From Bythopirellula sp. (GTDB lineage Bacteria; Planctomycetota; Planctomycetia; Pirellulales; Lacipirellulaceae), in assembly GCA_965216565.1 (NCBI GenBank), contig OZ244170.1, positions 3,264,001 through 3,328,000 of the forward strand: a DNA stretch of 64,000 bases. The letters run 5' to 3'. Each line of letters begins with the position of its first letter. Position 1 is the stretch's first letter. The notes under the pieces are model-generated. The model made no database searches and was not told the DNA's origin. It was given only the letters and a program-made list of their open reading frames with translations. The translations under genes and the position numbers were made by a program. Positions 29,408-39,217 of the stretch are shown here, piece by piece.

Positions 29408-30877
29408 CTATGCTTCCAAATCAATCTTGGGCACAGTAAACGGTTTGCGGTAATCGCGTGATACCATAGCATTCGCTTCGTCGTTGCCTTTGAACTGCAA
29501 CGATTGAGGATCGAAGTCGAGCCATGGCCCCAAGGAGATCGCGCCTTCGTCGGTATCGATCTCGATATCATTAGCACGCAGGTGCGATGCCATGCGATCG
29601 AACGATGCCGAAAGCAGGGTGTTGCCTCGAATCTGCTCTGCAATGGCTGCAGTTGGAGTCACTTTACCCAGTTGATGTGAGATCGCACCCAAGTGGCACA
29701 TGGAACTGGAAACGTCGCCATCGTGAATCTTCCCATTGAGCTTCGTTGGTTCGCCCGCTTCAACGGCCTGTAGCCAGTTCTTGTAGTGGTTCCCCCCACC
29801 CTGCCAACGCTGTACCTCACTGCCGTCGTTGTCATAGGCAATGACTTCGTTGTAAGTGTTGGGGATCAGTACATAGCCTTGCTCGCATTGGACGATCACG
29901 CCGATCTGCGATCCACGGTACCGGTCCATTCCCTCTTTCCAAGTCTCCCAATCAGTTTGCTCAGACTTGTCGCGCGGAAGGCCACGCGTTTCGAAAATAA
30001 GCGGAGCGTTCGGGTACTCGAAGTAAGCGATCTGAGTGTTTGGTGTATTGGCCGCGTCTTCGTATCCCAATCGGCCGCCGATGCTCAACACTCTGGTGGC
30101 CATTTGGTCTTCACCCAGGAACCATCTTGCGATGTCCATCTGATGGATGCCTTGGTTGCCCATATCTCCATTGCCCGTGTTGTAATCCCAATGCCAATCA
30201 TAGTGGAGCTGAGGTCGCATTAGTTCCTGCTTCTCAGCAGGACCACACCAGAGGTCGTAGTTGATATGCTTGGGTATCGTCAATGGATTGGATAGCTTGC
30301 CGATACTTTGTCGCGGTTTGTAACAAGTACCTAACGCGTACTGAATCTTCCCCAGCTTCCCGTTTCGAACAAATTCAGCCGCCTCGTTGAGGCTGGAGCT
30401 TGAGCGAGACTGGGTACCGCATTGCATGATCACGTTGTAACGCGAAGCGGCGGCAGCAAGCTGCCTGCCCTCCCAAATATTGTGCGAGACAGGTTTCTCG
30501 ACGTACACATGCTTGCCGGCCTCGGCAGCAGCGATGCCAATTAAAGAGTGTGTATGGTTGGGCGTGGCGATTGAAACCGCATCGATGTCGTCGCGTTCCA
30601 GCAGCTTGCGATAGTCGACATAAGTATCAAGGCTCCGTCCGAGTTCTGTTTTCCATTGAGTCGCACGTTCGGATAAGATCTGCTCATCGACGTCGCACAA
30701 TGCCACGACGTTTTCCTTCAACCCCCTGAAGTGTTCCTGGCCGCGGCCCCTCACACCGATGATGGCGATGCGAATGTCACTGGGGCTTTTAGCAGCAGCC
30801 AAACTTGCGCCACCCCATGCCAGGGCACCCAAGGAAGCAGCTGAACCTACGACGAAATCTCTTCTGGAAACGGTCAT
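29408..30877 (-). CDS. Tat-exported Gfo/Idh/MocA oxidoreductase
   Basis: SRRDFV twin-arginine signal; IATPNHTH, GKHVYVEKP, GDMGNQGIHQMD. Confidence 0.93.
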   Translation of the reverse strand: MTVSRRDFVVGSAASLGALAWGGASLAAAKSPSDIRIAIIGVRGRGQEHFRGLKENVVALCDVDEQILSERATQWKTELGRSLDTYVDYRKLLERDDIDAVSIATPNHTHSLIGIAAAEAGKHVYVEKPVSHNIWEGRQLAAAASRYNVIMQCGTQSRSSSSLNEAAEFVRNGKLGKIQYALGTCYKPRQSIGKLSNPLTIPKHINYDLWCGPAEKQELMRPQLHYDWHWDYNTGNGDMGNQGIHQMDIARWFLGEDQMATRVLSIGGRLGYEDAANTPNTQIAYFEYPNAPLIFETRGLPRDKSEQTDWETWKEGMDRYRGSQIGVIVQCEQGYVLIPNTYNEVIAYDNDGSEVQRWQGGGNHYKNWLQAVEAGEPTKLNGKIHDGDVSSSMCHLGAISHQLGKVTPTAAIAEQIRGNTLLSASFDRMASHLRANDIEIDTDEGAISLGPWLDFDPQSLQFKGNDEANAMVSRDYRKPFTVPKIDLEA

Positions 30878-31002
30878 CTACTCTCTCCGGTAATGCACGG
30901 TGGTCTGCTACAAGCCGAATCGCTTAGGGATCCGGCTCGCCTGAGCCCGCATTATAGATGATCTGTTCAGAGAGAAAACAAGTTCTAGAGTTCAATGCAC
31001 AA

Positions 31003-31076
31003 GAAAAATGGGCGGCCAGACGGTGCGCGTCACCGCGCTCAATCGGAAAATTCCGCTGAAAAACCGTTCTGGCCGC
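31003..31076 (-). terminator. Branched stem-loop followed by a U-tract, putative terminator
   Basis: Outer stem 31012-31024 pairs with 31063-31076 and encloses two hairpins; T-run on the minus strand at about 31003-31008. Confidence 0.5.
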
Positions 31077-31121
31077 AGCCGCCGAACTGGCTAGTTCTGA
31101 TTCTATTTACAGGCTTTAGGC

Positions 31122-33254
31122 TTACTCCAAACCGATCGGTAAACCACCGAGCCCACCGCCTACGCCGCCGCCAATCGCCCCGCCGATGCCGCCAACGGCT
31201 CCACCGATGCCACCTCCTAGTTCGCCACCGATTCCACCAGCGGCACCACCGACACCCAGCCCACCGCCAGTTCCGAGGCCCACGCTAGTATCGCCCAATG
31301 ACAGACCCAAACCGCTATCTAGTCCGAGGCCAACACCAACTTGCGAGGGGCCCAATCCCTTGAGCCCATCACCAAGTCCAAGCCCTTCCAACTTTCCACC
31401 CACGCCATTGAGTGTACGTCCAAGTTTTGCGCCCAGCATCTGTCCTTTGCCTTCGAGCCCAGCTAGTTGCTCTTTTGCTAGCGCTTCAATCTGTGCCATT
31501 TCTTCTGCCGTGAGCTCATCAAGACACTCTTCTGCCTCTCCTGCAATCGAATCGCCCAAGCCCTGAAGCTGTTGGCCCTTCTCGTCCAACTCCTCGGACG
31601 TACGGCCAACGATAGAATGAATTCGTTGAGCCTGCATGACTGCCCTTCGAGACAACAAGGCAGTGCCCGCCAGTGCTTTGTCTGCAGCTCGATTTGCGAG
31701 TTGAAGTGCCCCCACACATGTCATCGGGGGACGCAACCCAGGACGATCTTCAAACATCTGCGCCCAATTTTCGAGTCGCTCGCTGAAGTTCATACCCAGA
31801 CGTTGATGAATTCGCTCGTATTGACTCAGTAGTGAACTAGGAACTCGGTCTACTTGGTGCCAAGGCACGCGACTGCCTGCTTCAGTGATCTTGCCGTAAA
31901 AATCTCCAAAGTGAAATTGATCTTGAGCTTTGTCTACAAACATATGCATGAGCATGTTGCCTGTGGCCAAAGGCTCGCAGTCTTCCAGACGTAGGACCAA
32001 CGATTCTTCTAGCTGCTTCTTGGCGAATCGAACTGGAGCAAACAGTACACCGCGACGCTCTAGAACTTCGTCCACATGGCTGGCTTCAATCACTGTCCCT
32101 GCGAGCGTCTTTACTTTTCTGGCAGGCACCAGAATCTTTCCTTCGCCACGATCTGCCAGACTCTGAATCTTGCCGGTCATCTGCCAGAAGCCTGGCAATC
32201 GCTCGAACCCAGTTTTTGATTGAATCCAGCGGCCCGCTTTCCAAGTCATCCCCTGTGGAGAACGCCGCAATACACCGGTGACCCAAAGAAATTCGTCCTG
32301 GGTGTCGTCGAAAAACCAATAGCCGTCTACAAATTCGAAATCGTCAAGCCCTTCGGGAACAATCTCTCGCACCTTGGCGGGTGGCTGACGCGGCGCCTTC
32401 AGCGACATCAAGCGATCGACGTGGGGCCGCGCAAAGCCTTCGTGGACGGGCCCACGGAGTAGATGTTCGGGTACGGTATTGTCTTGGCCACTTCCGTCTT
32501 GGGGGCTATCGGGACCTCCAGAGTTAAGGTTGTCACTAAGCATCTGACGAATACCTGAATTGTTTTCTGAGTCATCCGACTCTTCCCCACCAAATATCCC
32601 AATGGGTAATTGCGATGACGAAGCAAAGTCGTCAGGTACCTGACCATCAATTCTAGGCTGGGCCATCTGCGGCATCTGCATGCCAACTGAAGCTTCCGCA
32701 ACAGTGGAGTCATCACCTTGAGACGATGCTGGTATGTCACCCGCCGCGACTTGCAACTGTGACAATCCAGAGCCTCCTCCACCGGCGCTGGCTGTGGCTG
32801 AAGCACCTCCCCTTGCTCTGGAACGCTCGTCGCTCGACTCTTTCTCGCATGCCACGCATTCTGCCGCGTCACGAACCTTCGCCAGGACCCTGGTAACGAC
32901 CCCTACCTCACCAACCAGTTGTACAACGCATTGAATAGCTGAACCCTCCGGCATCGATGCTAGCTCAGATACCGGCATACTCTTGTCGTTGACCAAGATA
33001 TCGACTGAGTCGAAGACCAGAAACTTTCGCAATTCAGGAGTGGGCAAAGGGCCACTTTGCGAGTTAACTATTTCGAGCGTTAGATGAGGAGCATCGAAAT
33101 CGACGAGCATTCCTTCGACCATCTGCTCGTTGATAGTTTCGCTGATTGCATACGACTTCGTAGAGCTACTCGATATGAAAGCCACCCCCATTAAGGTTAA
33201 GTATGCTGCAATAGATTTTTGCAAGAGATCGTTGTTGAATCGCATCCTGATCAT
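31122..33254 (-). CDS. Secreted protein with YXWGXW-like repeats and a Gly/Leu-rich C-terminus
   Basis: Signal peptide; RGPVHEGFA, DGYWFFD..FLWVTG, WKAGRW..GF..LPGFW; last ~110 aa are GGGLG/GGAIG-rich. Confidence 0.85.
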   Translation of the reverse strand: MIRMRFNNDLLQKSIAAYLTLMGVAFISSSSTKSYAISETINEQMVEGMLVDFDAPHLTLEIVNSQSGPLPTPELRKFLVFDSVDILVNDKSMPVSELASMPEGSAIQCVVQLVGEVGVVTRVLAKVRDAAECVACEKESSDERSRARGGASATASAGGGGSGLSQLQVAAGDIPASSQGDDSTVAEASVGMQMPQMAQPRIDGQVPDDFASSSQLPIGIFGGEESDDSENNSGIRQMLSDNLNSGGPDSPQDGSGQDNTVPEHLLRGPVHEGFARPHVDRLMSLKAPRQPPAKVREIVPEGLDDFEFVDGYWFFDDTQDEFLWVTGVLRRSPQGMTWKAGRWIQSKTGFERLPGFWQMTGKIQSLADRGEGKILVPARKVKTLAGTVIEASHVDEVLERRGVLFAPVRFAKKQLEESLVLRLEDCEPLATGNMLMHMFVDKAQDQFHFGDFYGKITEAGSRVPWHQVDRVPSSLLSQYERIHQRLGMNFSERLENWAQMFEDRPGLRPPMTCVGALQLANRAADKALAGTALLSRRAVMQAQRIHSIVGRTSEELDEKGQQLQGLGDSIAGEAEECLDELTAEEMAQIEALAKEQLAGLEGKGQMLGAKLGRTLNGVGGKLEGLGLGDGLKGLGPSQVGVGLGLDSGLGLSLGDTSVGLGTGGGLGVGGAAGGIGGELGGGIGGAVGGIGGAIGGGVGGGLGGLPIGLE

Positions 33255-33466
33255 CGCTCCATTGAGAGTTTGGTTTGCCTGAAAGTAGGATCTTGCCCAC
33301 TCAGTACAACCCTAAGTCTAGATGTTTTGAAAACGGTGCGATTCACACGTGCCTAGGGATTACCTTACGCCAATATTTGATGGGCGCGGTCGATAGTACC
33401 ATCAGAATCCGACTCCCGGTCGCAACTACTGGGTCTCTGCCCAAAACACGAGCTGACAAGGATGTC

Positions 33467-35284
33467 ATGATTTGTTCGTTGTACAAATTGCATAGATCCA
33501 ACTCGGTACTCGCCACGTGGTTGCTCGCTTTACTCATCTCACAATCGATCACCGGCAACTGCAATGCGCAGTGGTACCCTTCACCAGGGTATTCTGAAAT
33601 CGATTCGGGTTATGGTTCGGCTGGAAACGGCAAAGGGTCGACTCGCATCGAAAGCTTATGGTCTTTACCTGGCTCTTGGGCTGAGCCAACTTTGATCGCG
33701 CCAGAAAACTTGAGCGGTCCGCCGCCGATCTATATCCCGCCTCCGGCTCCGAACAGCAAGCCCCAAGAGCCTGTCAAAAAGCCATCTAGGCTGGCGCAGC
33801 TGGAGAACAAGGCGGCTAGCGCTATTGCTAAAAAGCAATGGAGGACGGCTGAACGTGCCTTGCTCGGCATGCTGGAGATCCAACCAGATCATCGCGAGGC
33901 AACCAGCGCATTGGCAAATATTCTGCTTGCAAATGAGCGGACACGAAACGCGATCAATTTCCTCCAACCTAGAATGCAGCAGTACTTTGCTCAAGATGCA
34001 CCGATGCTACGCCTCTTCGGCAGAGCACTGCTGCAATCAGACCAGCTTGAATCGGCACTTTGCACGCTGCACTATGCCAACTGGCTCGAGCCTGCGCTAG
34101 AAGATATCAATCTGCTGCTCGGAATTGCGTATCTTAAGGACGAAAGACCGCTAACCGCATCGACGTATCTTTGTTCTGGAAGAAACTCCAGTAGCGAGAC
34201 TTTCCAACAACAACAGCTCACCTACGCCACTGCCCTGGCCCAACTTGGTCAAACAAAAACCGCTGACTCTATATTGCTCGGTTTGTCTCATACGCCTGCC
34301 AATCAGGAACTGGGCAAAGCTGCCTGGGCCAACCATACAGAGCTCTTGCAGGAAGTTTACAGGGCGAATCGGTTCTATGGCACGATGAAAACAACCATCC
34401 GTTACGACGATAACACGGGTATCGTCCCAACGACCAATGAATTCGGCACCGTAGGTGATGAAATCGAATCCGCGGGCACACTCGGATTGGTCAGCATGAA
34501 TTACGACCTCTGGCGACACTATCAAGCCACCGTCACAACCGGGTACCAAGGACTGTTCACTCGAAACTTCAAAGACTTAGCCTCACAATTCGATGTAACT
34601 GACCACGCTGCCTATTTGGCGGGTTCCTATCGAACTATCACGCCAGAGAAAAGCCTGCCCTGCGCTTTGACCCTACGTGCAGACTACAACGACACGGCGA
34701 CTAGCGGCACCTCGTTCCTGCAGCGAGCAGGCGTGGCCGCGGGAATCAATGTCAAGGATAGCGATTACACTTTGGCGAGCTTAGGTTATCGCTATGTCGA
34801 TCTGGAATTCCTCAACCAGGCTGCCGGCATCGAAGGCACCCAGTTCGACCCTGATTCCCAAGCCTATGAGGTTGCTATCGAGCGGCATTGGCAGAACCTA
34901 GAGCGAACAACCACCTGGCAGCTTGGCTACATTCTCAACAAGAATATCGCCGAGGGCTCGCAGGCGGACTATCTTGGCCATCGGGCAATCGGCAGCATGT
35001 CCTATCTCATGGACAACGACAGTTTTGTGAGCTGCAATTTGCAATATTTTTTCCGCAACTACGACAATCTGCAATTCGCGACCGGATCAACTCGCGAAGA
35101 CTCCGAGATATTGTTTGGTGCAACCTATGCCCGATTGTTGTGGGACGATGCATACCTTGTCGCCGAGTACTTCTACGACATCAACGATTCTGATTCGCCT
35201 ACGAGCAGCTATCACCGCAATGTGATCGAAGTCGGTCTGCAATGGAACTTTGCCAGTGGAACCAGACAGCAAGATCAACGCTAG
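33467..35284 (+). CDS. TPR plus outer-membrane beta-barrel protein (Slam/DUF560-like)
   Basis: Signal peptide, Pro linker, TPR helices, then IRYDDN and amphipathic strands; R.YD....G..RED; S....SY.RN...GLQWNF. Confidence 0.78.
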   Translation: MICSLYKLHRSNSVLATWLLALLISQSITGNCNAQWYPSPGYSEIDSGYGSAGNGKGSTRIESLWSLPGSWAEPTLIAPENLSGPPPIYIPPPAPNSKPQEPVKKPSRLAQLENKAASAIAKKQWRTAERALLGMLEIQPDHREATSALANILLANERTRNAINFLQPRMQQYFAQDAPMLRLFGRALLQSDQLESALCTLHYANWLEPALEDINLLLGIAYLKDERPLTASTYLCSGRNSSSETFQQQQLTYATALAQLGQTKTADSILLGLSHTPANQELGKAAWANHTELLQEVYRANRFYGTMKTTIRYDDNTGIVPTTNEFGTVGDEIESAGTLGLVSMNYDLWRHYQATVTTGYQGLFTRNFKDLASQFDVTDHAAYLAGSYRTITPEKSLPCALTLRADYNDTATSGTSFLQRAGVAAGINVKDSDYTLASLGYRYVDLEFLNQAAGIEGTQFDPDSQAYEVAIERHWQNLERTTTWQLGYILNKNIAEGSQADYLGHRAIGSMSYLMDNDSFVSCNLQYFFRNYDNLQFATGSTREDSEILFGATYARLLWDDAYLVAEYFYDINDSDSPTSSYHRNVIEVGLQWNFASGTRQQDQR

Positions 35285-35421
35285 TTTTGTTGCTGCTCGG
35301 GAACGCTTTCTTTTCTTCTGCGAGTCGAATCACCTAGGGGATTCCCTCAGGGTTCTACGGCCTTCAGTGAGCCATGCTTGTCTAAGTATTGAACACAAGA
35401 ATCCTAACGATAGACAATGTC

Positions 35422-36669
35422 ATGAATGCAAAAATCTGGTCGAACGACAGAGAGACGCAGCGGCGACTTGGCGAATACCTAACCCTGCGGGGAATTACAT
35501 TCGCCCACGATTCGATTGAACAACCTGCTAATGCATTTACTGCCGATGACATAAGTAGGGTAGACGAGGAACTAGTATTCCTAGTGTTTACCAAAATAAC
35601 GAGTGCGGATCTAAATATTGTCCGGCAATTCCGACAGCACATGGCGGATGGGTGTTTTCTAGTCGTCTGTGCACCCACTACCGATCATCAGGTTGTTCTT
35701 GGTGCAATTCGGGCTGGCGCTAATGACTTTGTTTCTACCGGCGGGGCATTGGAAAAGGAACTCGACAAACTGCTTAAGCGTACTGAGTCTGAAAGATTGC
35801 AACCTAATCAGCGCGGTCGCACGATAACTGTCACTTCCTGTCACTGTCCAACCGATGCCACTTTCGTGGCTGTGAATCTCGCTGCCGCTCTAGCCAGCAG
35901 TGATCGCCATTGTGGATTGCTTGACTTTCATTGGCGTGGAGGCGATGTAGCATCGCTTCTCGAGTTGCAACCGCGCCACACAATACATGACCTCGTGGGT
36001 CGCTCTGCGGCGATCGATAGCGCCATATTTCTACAAGCTTTGACTCCCCACAAATCGGGCATTCGACTGCTAGCAGGGCCGACCTTGGGCACCCAGTTTC
36101 AGGTCCCGAACCTAGACGAACTGCGTCAGATTCACGAACTGGCAGGTACACATTTGCCGCAAGTTGTCATTAACACTCCCGATCCTTTCAGTGCCGAAGA
36201 GCTTGGAGCATTGAATTTGAGCGACAGCGTCGTTCTGATCATGCGAATGGACGTTGTTTCACTTCACCGTGCCACACTGCAAGTCAGGCACATGCAGGGT
36301 TTGGGAGTAGGGTCAGATTCACTTCGTGTGGTGGCGTTACAGAGCTCTCTAGCTGGGGAGCTTTCGATCTCTGTTGTGAAAAGAGCACTTCAAATAGAAC
36401 GCATTCAGTTGATTCCCGAAAATTGCGAATTGCGCATGTGCTCGGTGAACGTGGGCAATCCAGTTGTCTTAGAGGCGCCTCGATCGCGAATGGCAAGAGC
36501 TATCACAGACCTGGCCCAATCACTAGCTCAGCCTCACCAGGGAACTTCGCAGGATACCAGCTCGGGACTGCTGGCGGCGAACTTGAAGAATCGCCTTTCT
36601 CGTTTTTCGAAACGACTAAGCGCTCGCGGGGAAATTAGCAGCACCGGGCTGATCGGAGTCAGCTCTTAG
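35422..36669 (+). CDS. cpaE: Tad pilus assembly protein CpaE/TadZ
   Basis: Degenerate receiver (AIRAGANDFV), ATFVAVNLAAAL, LLDF..RGGD, SG.RLL.GP, SVNVGNPV..EAPRS. Confidence 0.85.
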   Translation: MNAKIWSNDRETQRRLGEYLTLRGITFAHDSIEQPANAFTADDISRVDEELVFLVFTKITSADLNIVRQFRQHMADGCFLVVCAPTTDHQVVLGAIRAGANDFVSTGGALEKELDKLLKRTESERLQPNQRGRTITVTSCHCPTDATFVAVNLAAALASSDRHCGLLDFHWRGGDVASLLELQPRHTIHDLVGRSAAIDSAIFLQALTPHKSGIRLLAGPTLGTQFQVPNLDELRQIHELAGTHLPQVVINTPDPFSAEELGALNLSDSVVLIMRMDVVSLHRATLQVRHMQGLGVGSDSLRVVALQSSLAGELSISVVKRALQIERIQLIPENCELRMCSVNVGNPVVLEAPRSRMARAITDLAQSLAQPHQGTSQDTSSGLLAANLKNRLSRFSKRLSARGEISSTGLIGVSS

Positions 36670-37293
36670 TTTTGCGGAGCCTGAAAGTGTGTACTCCGTT
36701 ATCTTGCGAACCAATTGTGCAACAGACCGGACGCCCATTTTCTGAGTAAGATTGCTCCGATGAACCTCGACTGTCTTGATGCTAATCCCCAGTTGCTTAG
36801 CAATAACTTTCGTAAGCATTCCTTCAGCTACTAAGTGCATAACTTCGCGTTCACGCTTAGTAAGACCAGCAATCCGCGCCTCGAACTCTGCATCCTTTAC
36901 TCGGTTCAAACGTCGCTGAAATTCACTCATCAGCCCAGATTGCACATTGGTAAGAAGCTGCTTGTAATCGAGAGGATACTCCATCACATCAAGGGCCCCC
37001 AGCTTCATAGCCCGCACTGCATCACAGACATTACCAGGCATACAAATAAAGACACATGGCAACTCGTGCCCATGGCTAACTAGGCGTTGCCACAGAGTGA
37101 TGCCAGACATCTCCGGGTAGTTTAGTTCGAGCACAAGGCAGCCGACTTGTGATGCGTCGAAAGATTCGAGAAGCTCTAGCGGGGAACTGTACGCCTTAGT
37201 CCGAACAGTATTCTGCTGCAACAAGCTCAATATCGATTCTTGACTCTTCGATGAATGCGTGACAAGAAGGCAAGCGTTTAAGTCTGGCGTCAT
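36616..37293 (-). CDS. FixJ-type LuxR response regulator with atypical receiver
   Basis: GCLVLELNYPEMSG (Glu at the Asp position), AVRAMKLGALD, LTKREREV...KVIAKQLGISIKTVEVHR; GGAGG RBS. Confidence 0.92.
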   Translation of the reverse strand: MTPDLNACLLVTHSSKSQESILSLLQQNTVRTKAYSSPLELLESFDASQVGCLVLELNYPEMSGITLWQRLVSHGHELPCVFICMPGNVCDAVRAMKLGALDVMEYPLDYKQLLTNVQSGLMSEFQRRLNRVKDAEFEARIAGLTKREREVMHLVAEGMLTKVIAKQLGISIKTVEVHRSNLTQKMGVRSVAQLVRKITEYTLSGSAKLRADSDQPGAANFPASA

Positions 37294-37871
37294 TTAACCT
37301 AACCTCCATGCTCAATTGAAATAGCTCCGCCCCTATTCCGATTTCGGCATTGCTCGTTCGCGAGTATACAAGGGAAACCCGCGCAAAGTCAAAAAATCAG
37401 TGCGCGAATACGCTAAGGGTTTTACTTAGTGACAATCTCCTGTCATCTCGTGACGTGTTCAACCTGAACGAGATTTAACGCGACAAATTTTCAGTGCTTA
37501 CCTAGTCGCCGCCACCTGACATTCCACTAGTTGATATCTGCTATCGATAACCCTTGAAATCAAAAACTCTACCAGATCTCTATGGATTTCTTTCGAGTTC
37601 ATTTTGGTTCCTCATGCAGACGGAGAATTCTGCTTGTGGGCAATGTCTTTATTAAATTCAAACGACTCTATAATCGAGAGAGTGAATAGCGATTAAGGGA
37701 AACCCCGAGCTCACCAAAACTGTTTGCCGGGTGAGCTAGTTTTGATAAAGCCCTCGTGTGCTCACTTGTAGGTACAAGTGCAAGGGCATCATGCCAACCA
37801 TTTAATGACCACTTTAGGCATGTCTGGCAACTAACGCAAAATACATTCAAAACAACCAAGGAACACCGGGG

Positions 37872-39215
37872 ATGATCACGGATACGATGGGGACAAGCAT
37901 GCATTCTGGCGGTCAGGAGAGCACGTTTCAGCAGCTCAAGGCGAGCTTACACGAACAATTGATCAGCGAGCTCGATTTTTCGGCGATGCACTCTATGGAT
38001 CCCGATGTGGTTCGCACTGAACTTCGCCGCGGTGCCGAACGACTCTGCGGAATGCACTCCGAACTGCTAAGCCAAAGAGATCGGACGCTGTTAATCGATG
38101 AATTGTTAAACGAAATGATGGGCCTTGGTCCGCTGGAACCGGTGATGCAGGATCCCTCTGTGACCGACATTCTGGTGAACGGACCAAACTGCGTATATGT
38201 CGAACGTCGTGGCAAACTTGAACCGACTTCGATCAAATTCCGGGACCTCGACCACCTAGTTGAAATCGTCCAGCGAATTGCGGCCCGGGTTGGCCGTCGT
38301 GTGGACGAGGCCAACCCGATGGTCGATGCGAGGCTCTACGACGGAAGTCGTCTCAATGCGATCATTCATCCCCTAGCCTTGGATGGGGCATTGGTTTCCA
38401 TTCGCCGATTCTCTAATCGACCCTTCACCCCGCAAGACTTGGTGGCCCGACAATCAACTTGTCCCCAGATGATGGAGTTTTTGGCGGCGTGTGTTGCAAC
38501 GAGACTTAACGTGGTGGTGTCAGGAGGTACGGGTAGCGGCAAGACAACGCTGCTCAACGTTCTGTCCGGGTTTATCCCCAACGATCAGCGAATTGTCACT
38601 ATCGAAGATGCTGCCGAATTGCAATTACAGCAGCCCCATGTGGCACGCGTAGAAACGCGACCGTCGAGCCTGGAGGGCAAAGGCGAAGTGACGTCCCGCG
38701 AATTGCTCCGCAACGCTCTCCGGATGCGACCAGACAGAATAATTGTTGGCGAATGCCGCGGCCCGGAAGCCTTCGATATGCTGCAGGCACTCAATACCGG
38801 GCATGATGGAGGAATGTCGACCATCCATGCCAACAATTCTCGCGACGCGCTGAGTCGTCTCGAAATGCTCGTCGGCATGGCTGCGCCCGAACTGCCTATG
38901 TGGTTCATTCATCGTCAGATTGCCGAAGCGATCGATATCGTCGTTCAGGTCTCCCGACTTTCGGACGGGAGCCGAAGGATCACTCAAGTCTCCGAGGTCA
39001 CCGGTATCCATGGCGAATCTCTCAGCATGCACGATGTATTCCGTTTTCAGCAAACGGGCTTCGAGGAAAACAAGGTTCAAGGCAGCTTCGAAGCGACTGG
39101 CATCCAGCCAGAGTGCTTAGAAAAAATCAAAGCGTGCGGAATCCAGCTTAGTCCCAAGATTTTCGAAACTGGCGGCTGTCCTGTTGAACGACTAGACGGT
39201 CTACGGGGAATGTAA
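37872..39215 (+). CDS. tadA: Tad/Flp pilus assembly ATPase CpaF/TadA
   Basis: [62 protein letters not shown]. Confidence 0.96.
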   Translation: MITDTMGTSMHSGGQESTFQQLKASLHEQLISELDFSAMHSMDPDVVRTELRRGAERLCGMHSELLSQRDRTLLIDELLNEMMGLGPLEPVMQDPSVTDILVNGPNCVYVERRGKLEPTSIKFRDLDHLVEIVQRIAARVGRRVDEANPMVDARLYDGSRLNAIIHPLALDGALVSIRRFSNRPFTPQDLVARQSTCPQMMEFLAACVATRLNVVVSGGTGSGKTTLLNVLSGFIPNDQRIVTIEDAAELQLQQPHVARVETRPSSLEGKGEVTSRELLRNALRMRPDRIIVGECRGPEAFDMLQALNTGHDGGMSTIHANNSRDALSRLEMLVGMAAPELPMWFIHRQIAEAIDIVVQVSRLSDGSRRITQVSEVTGIHGESLSMHDVFRFQQTGFEENKVQGSFEATGIQPECLEKIKACGIQLSPKIFETGGCPVERLDGLRGM

Positions 39216-39217
39216 TC

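Noticed and set aside
31186..31566. Pro-rich 126 aa plus-strand ORF
   Set aside because: Antisense shadow of the Gly-rich tail of the 31122-33254 gene.
37694..37800. Possible c-di-GMP riboswitch before tadA (CACTTG...AGTGCAA)
   Set aside because: Only a superficial match; the other conserved class I/II elements are not identifiable by eye.
37294..37871. Hidden Flp pilin gene in the gap
   Set aside because: No ORF with a G|xxxxEY motif and hydrophobic helix was found.
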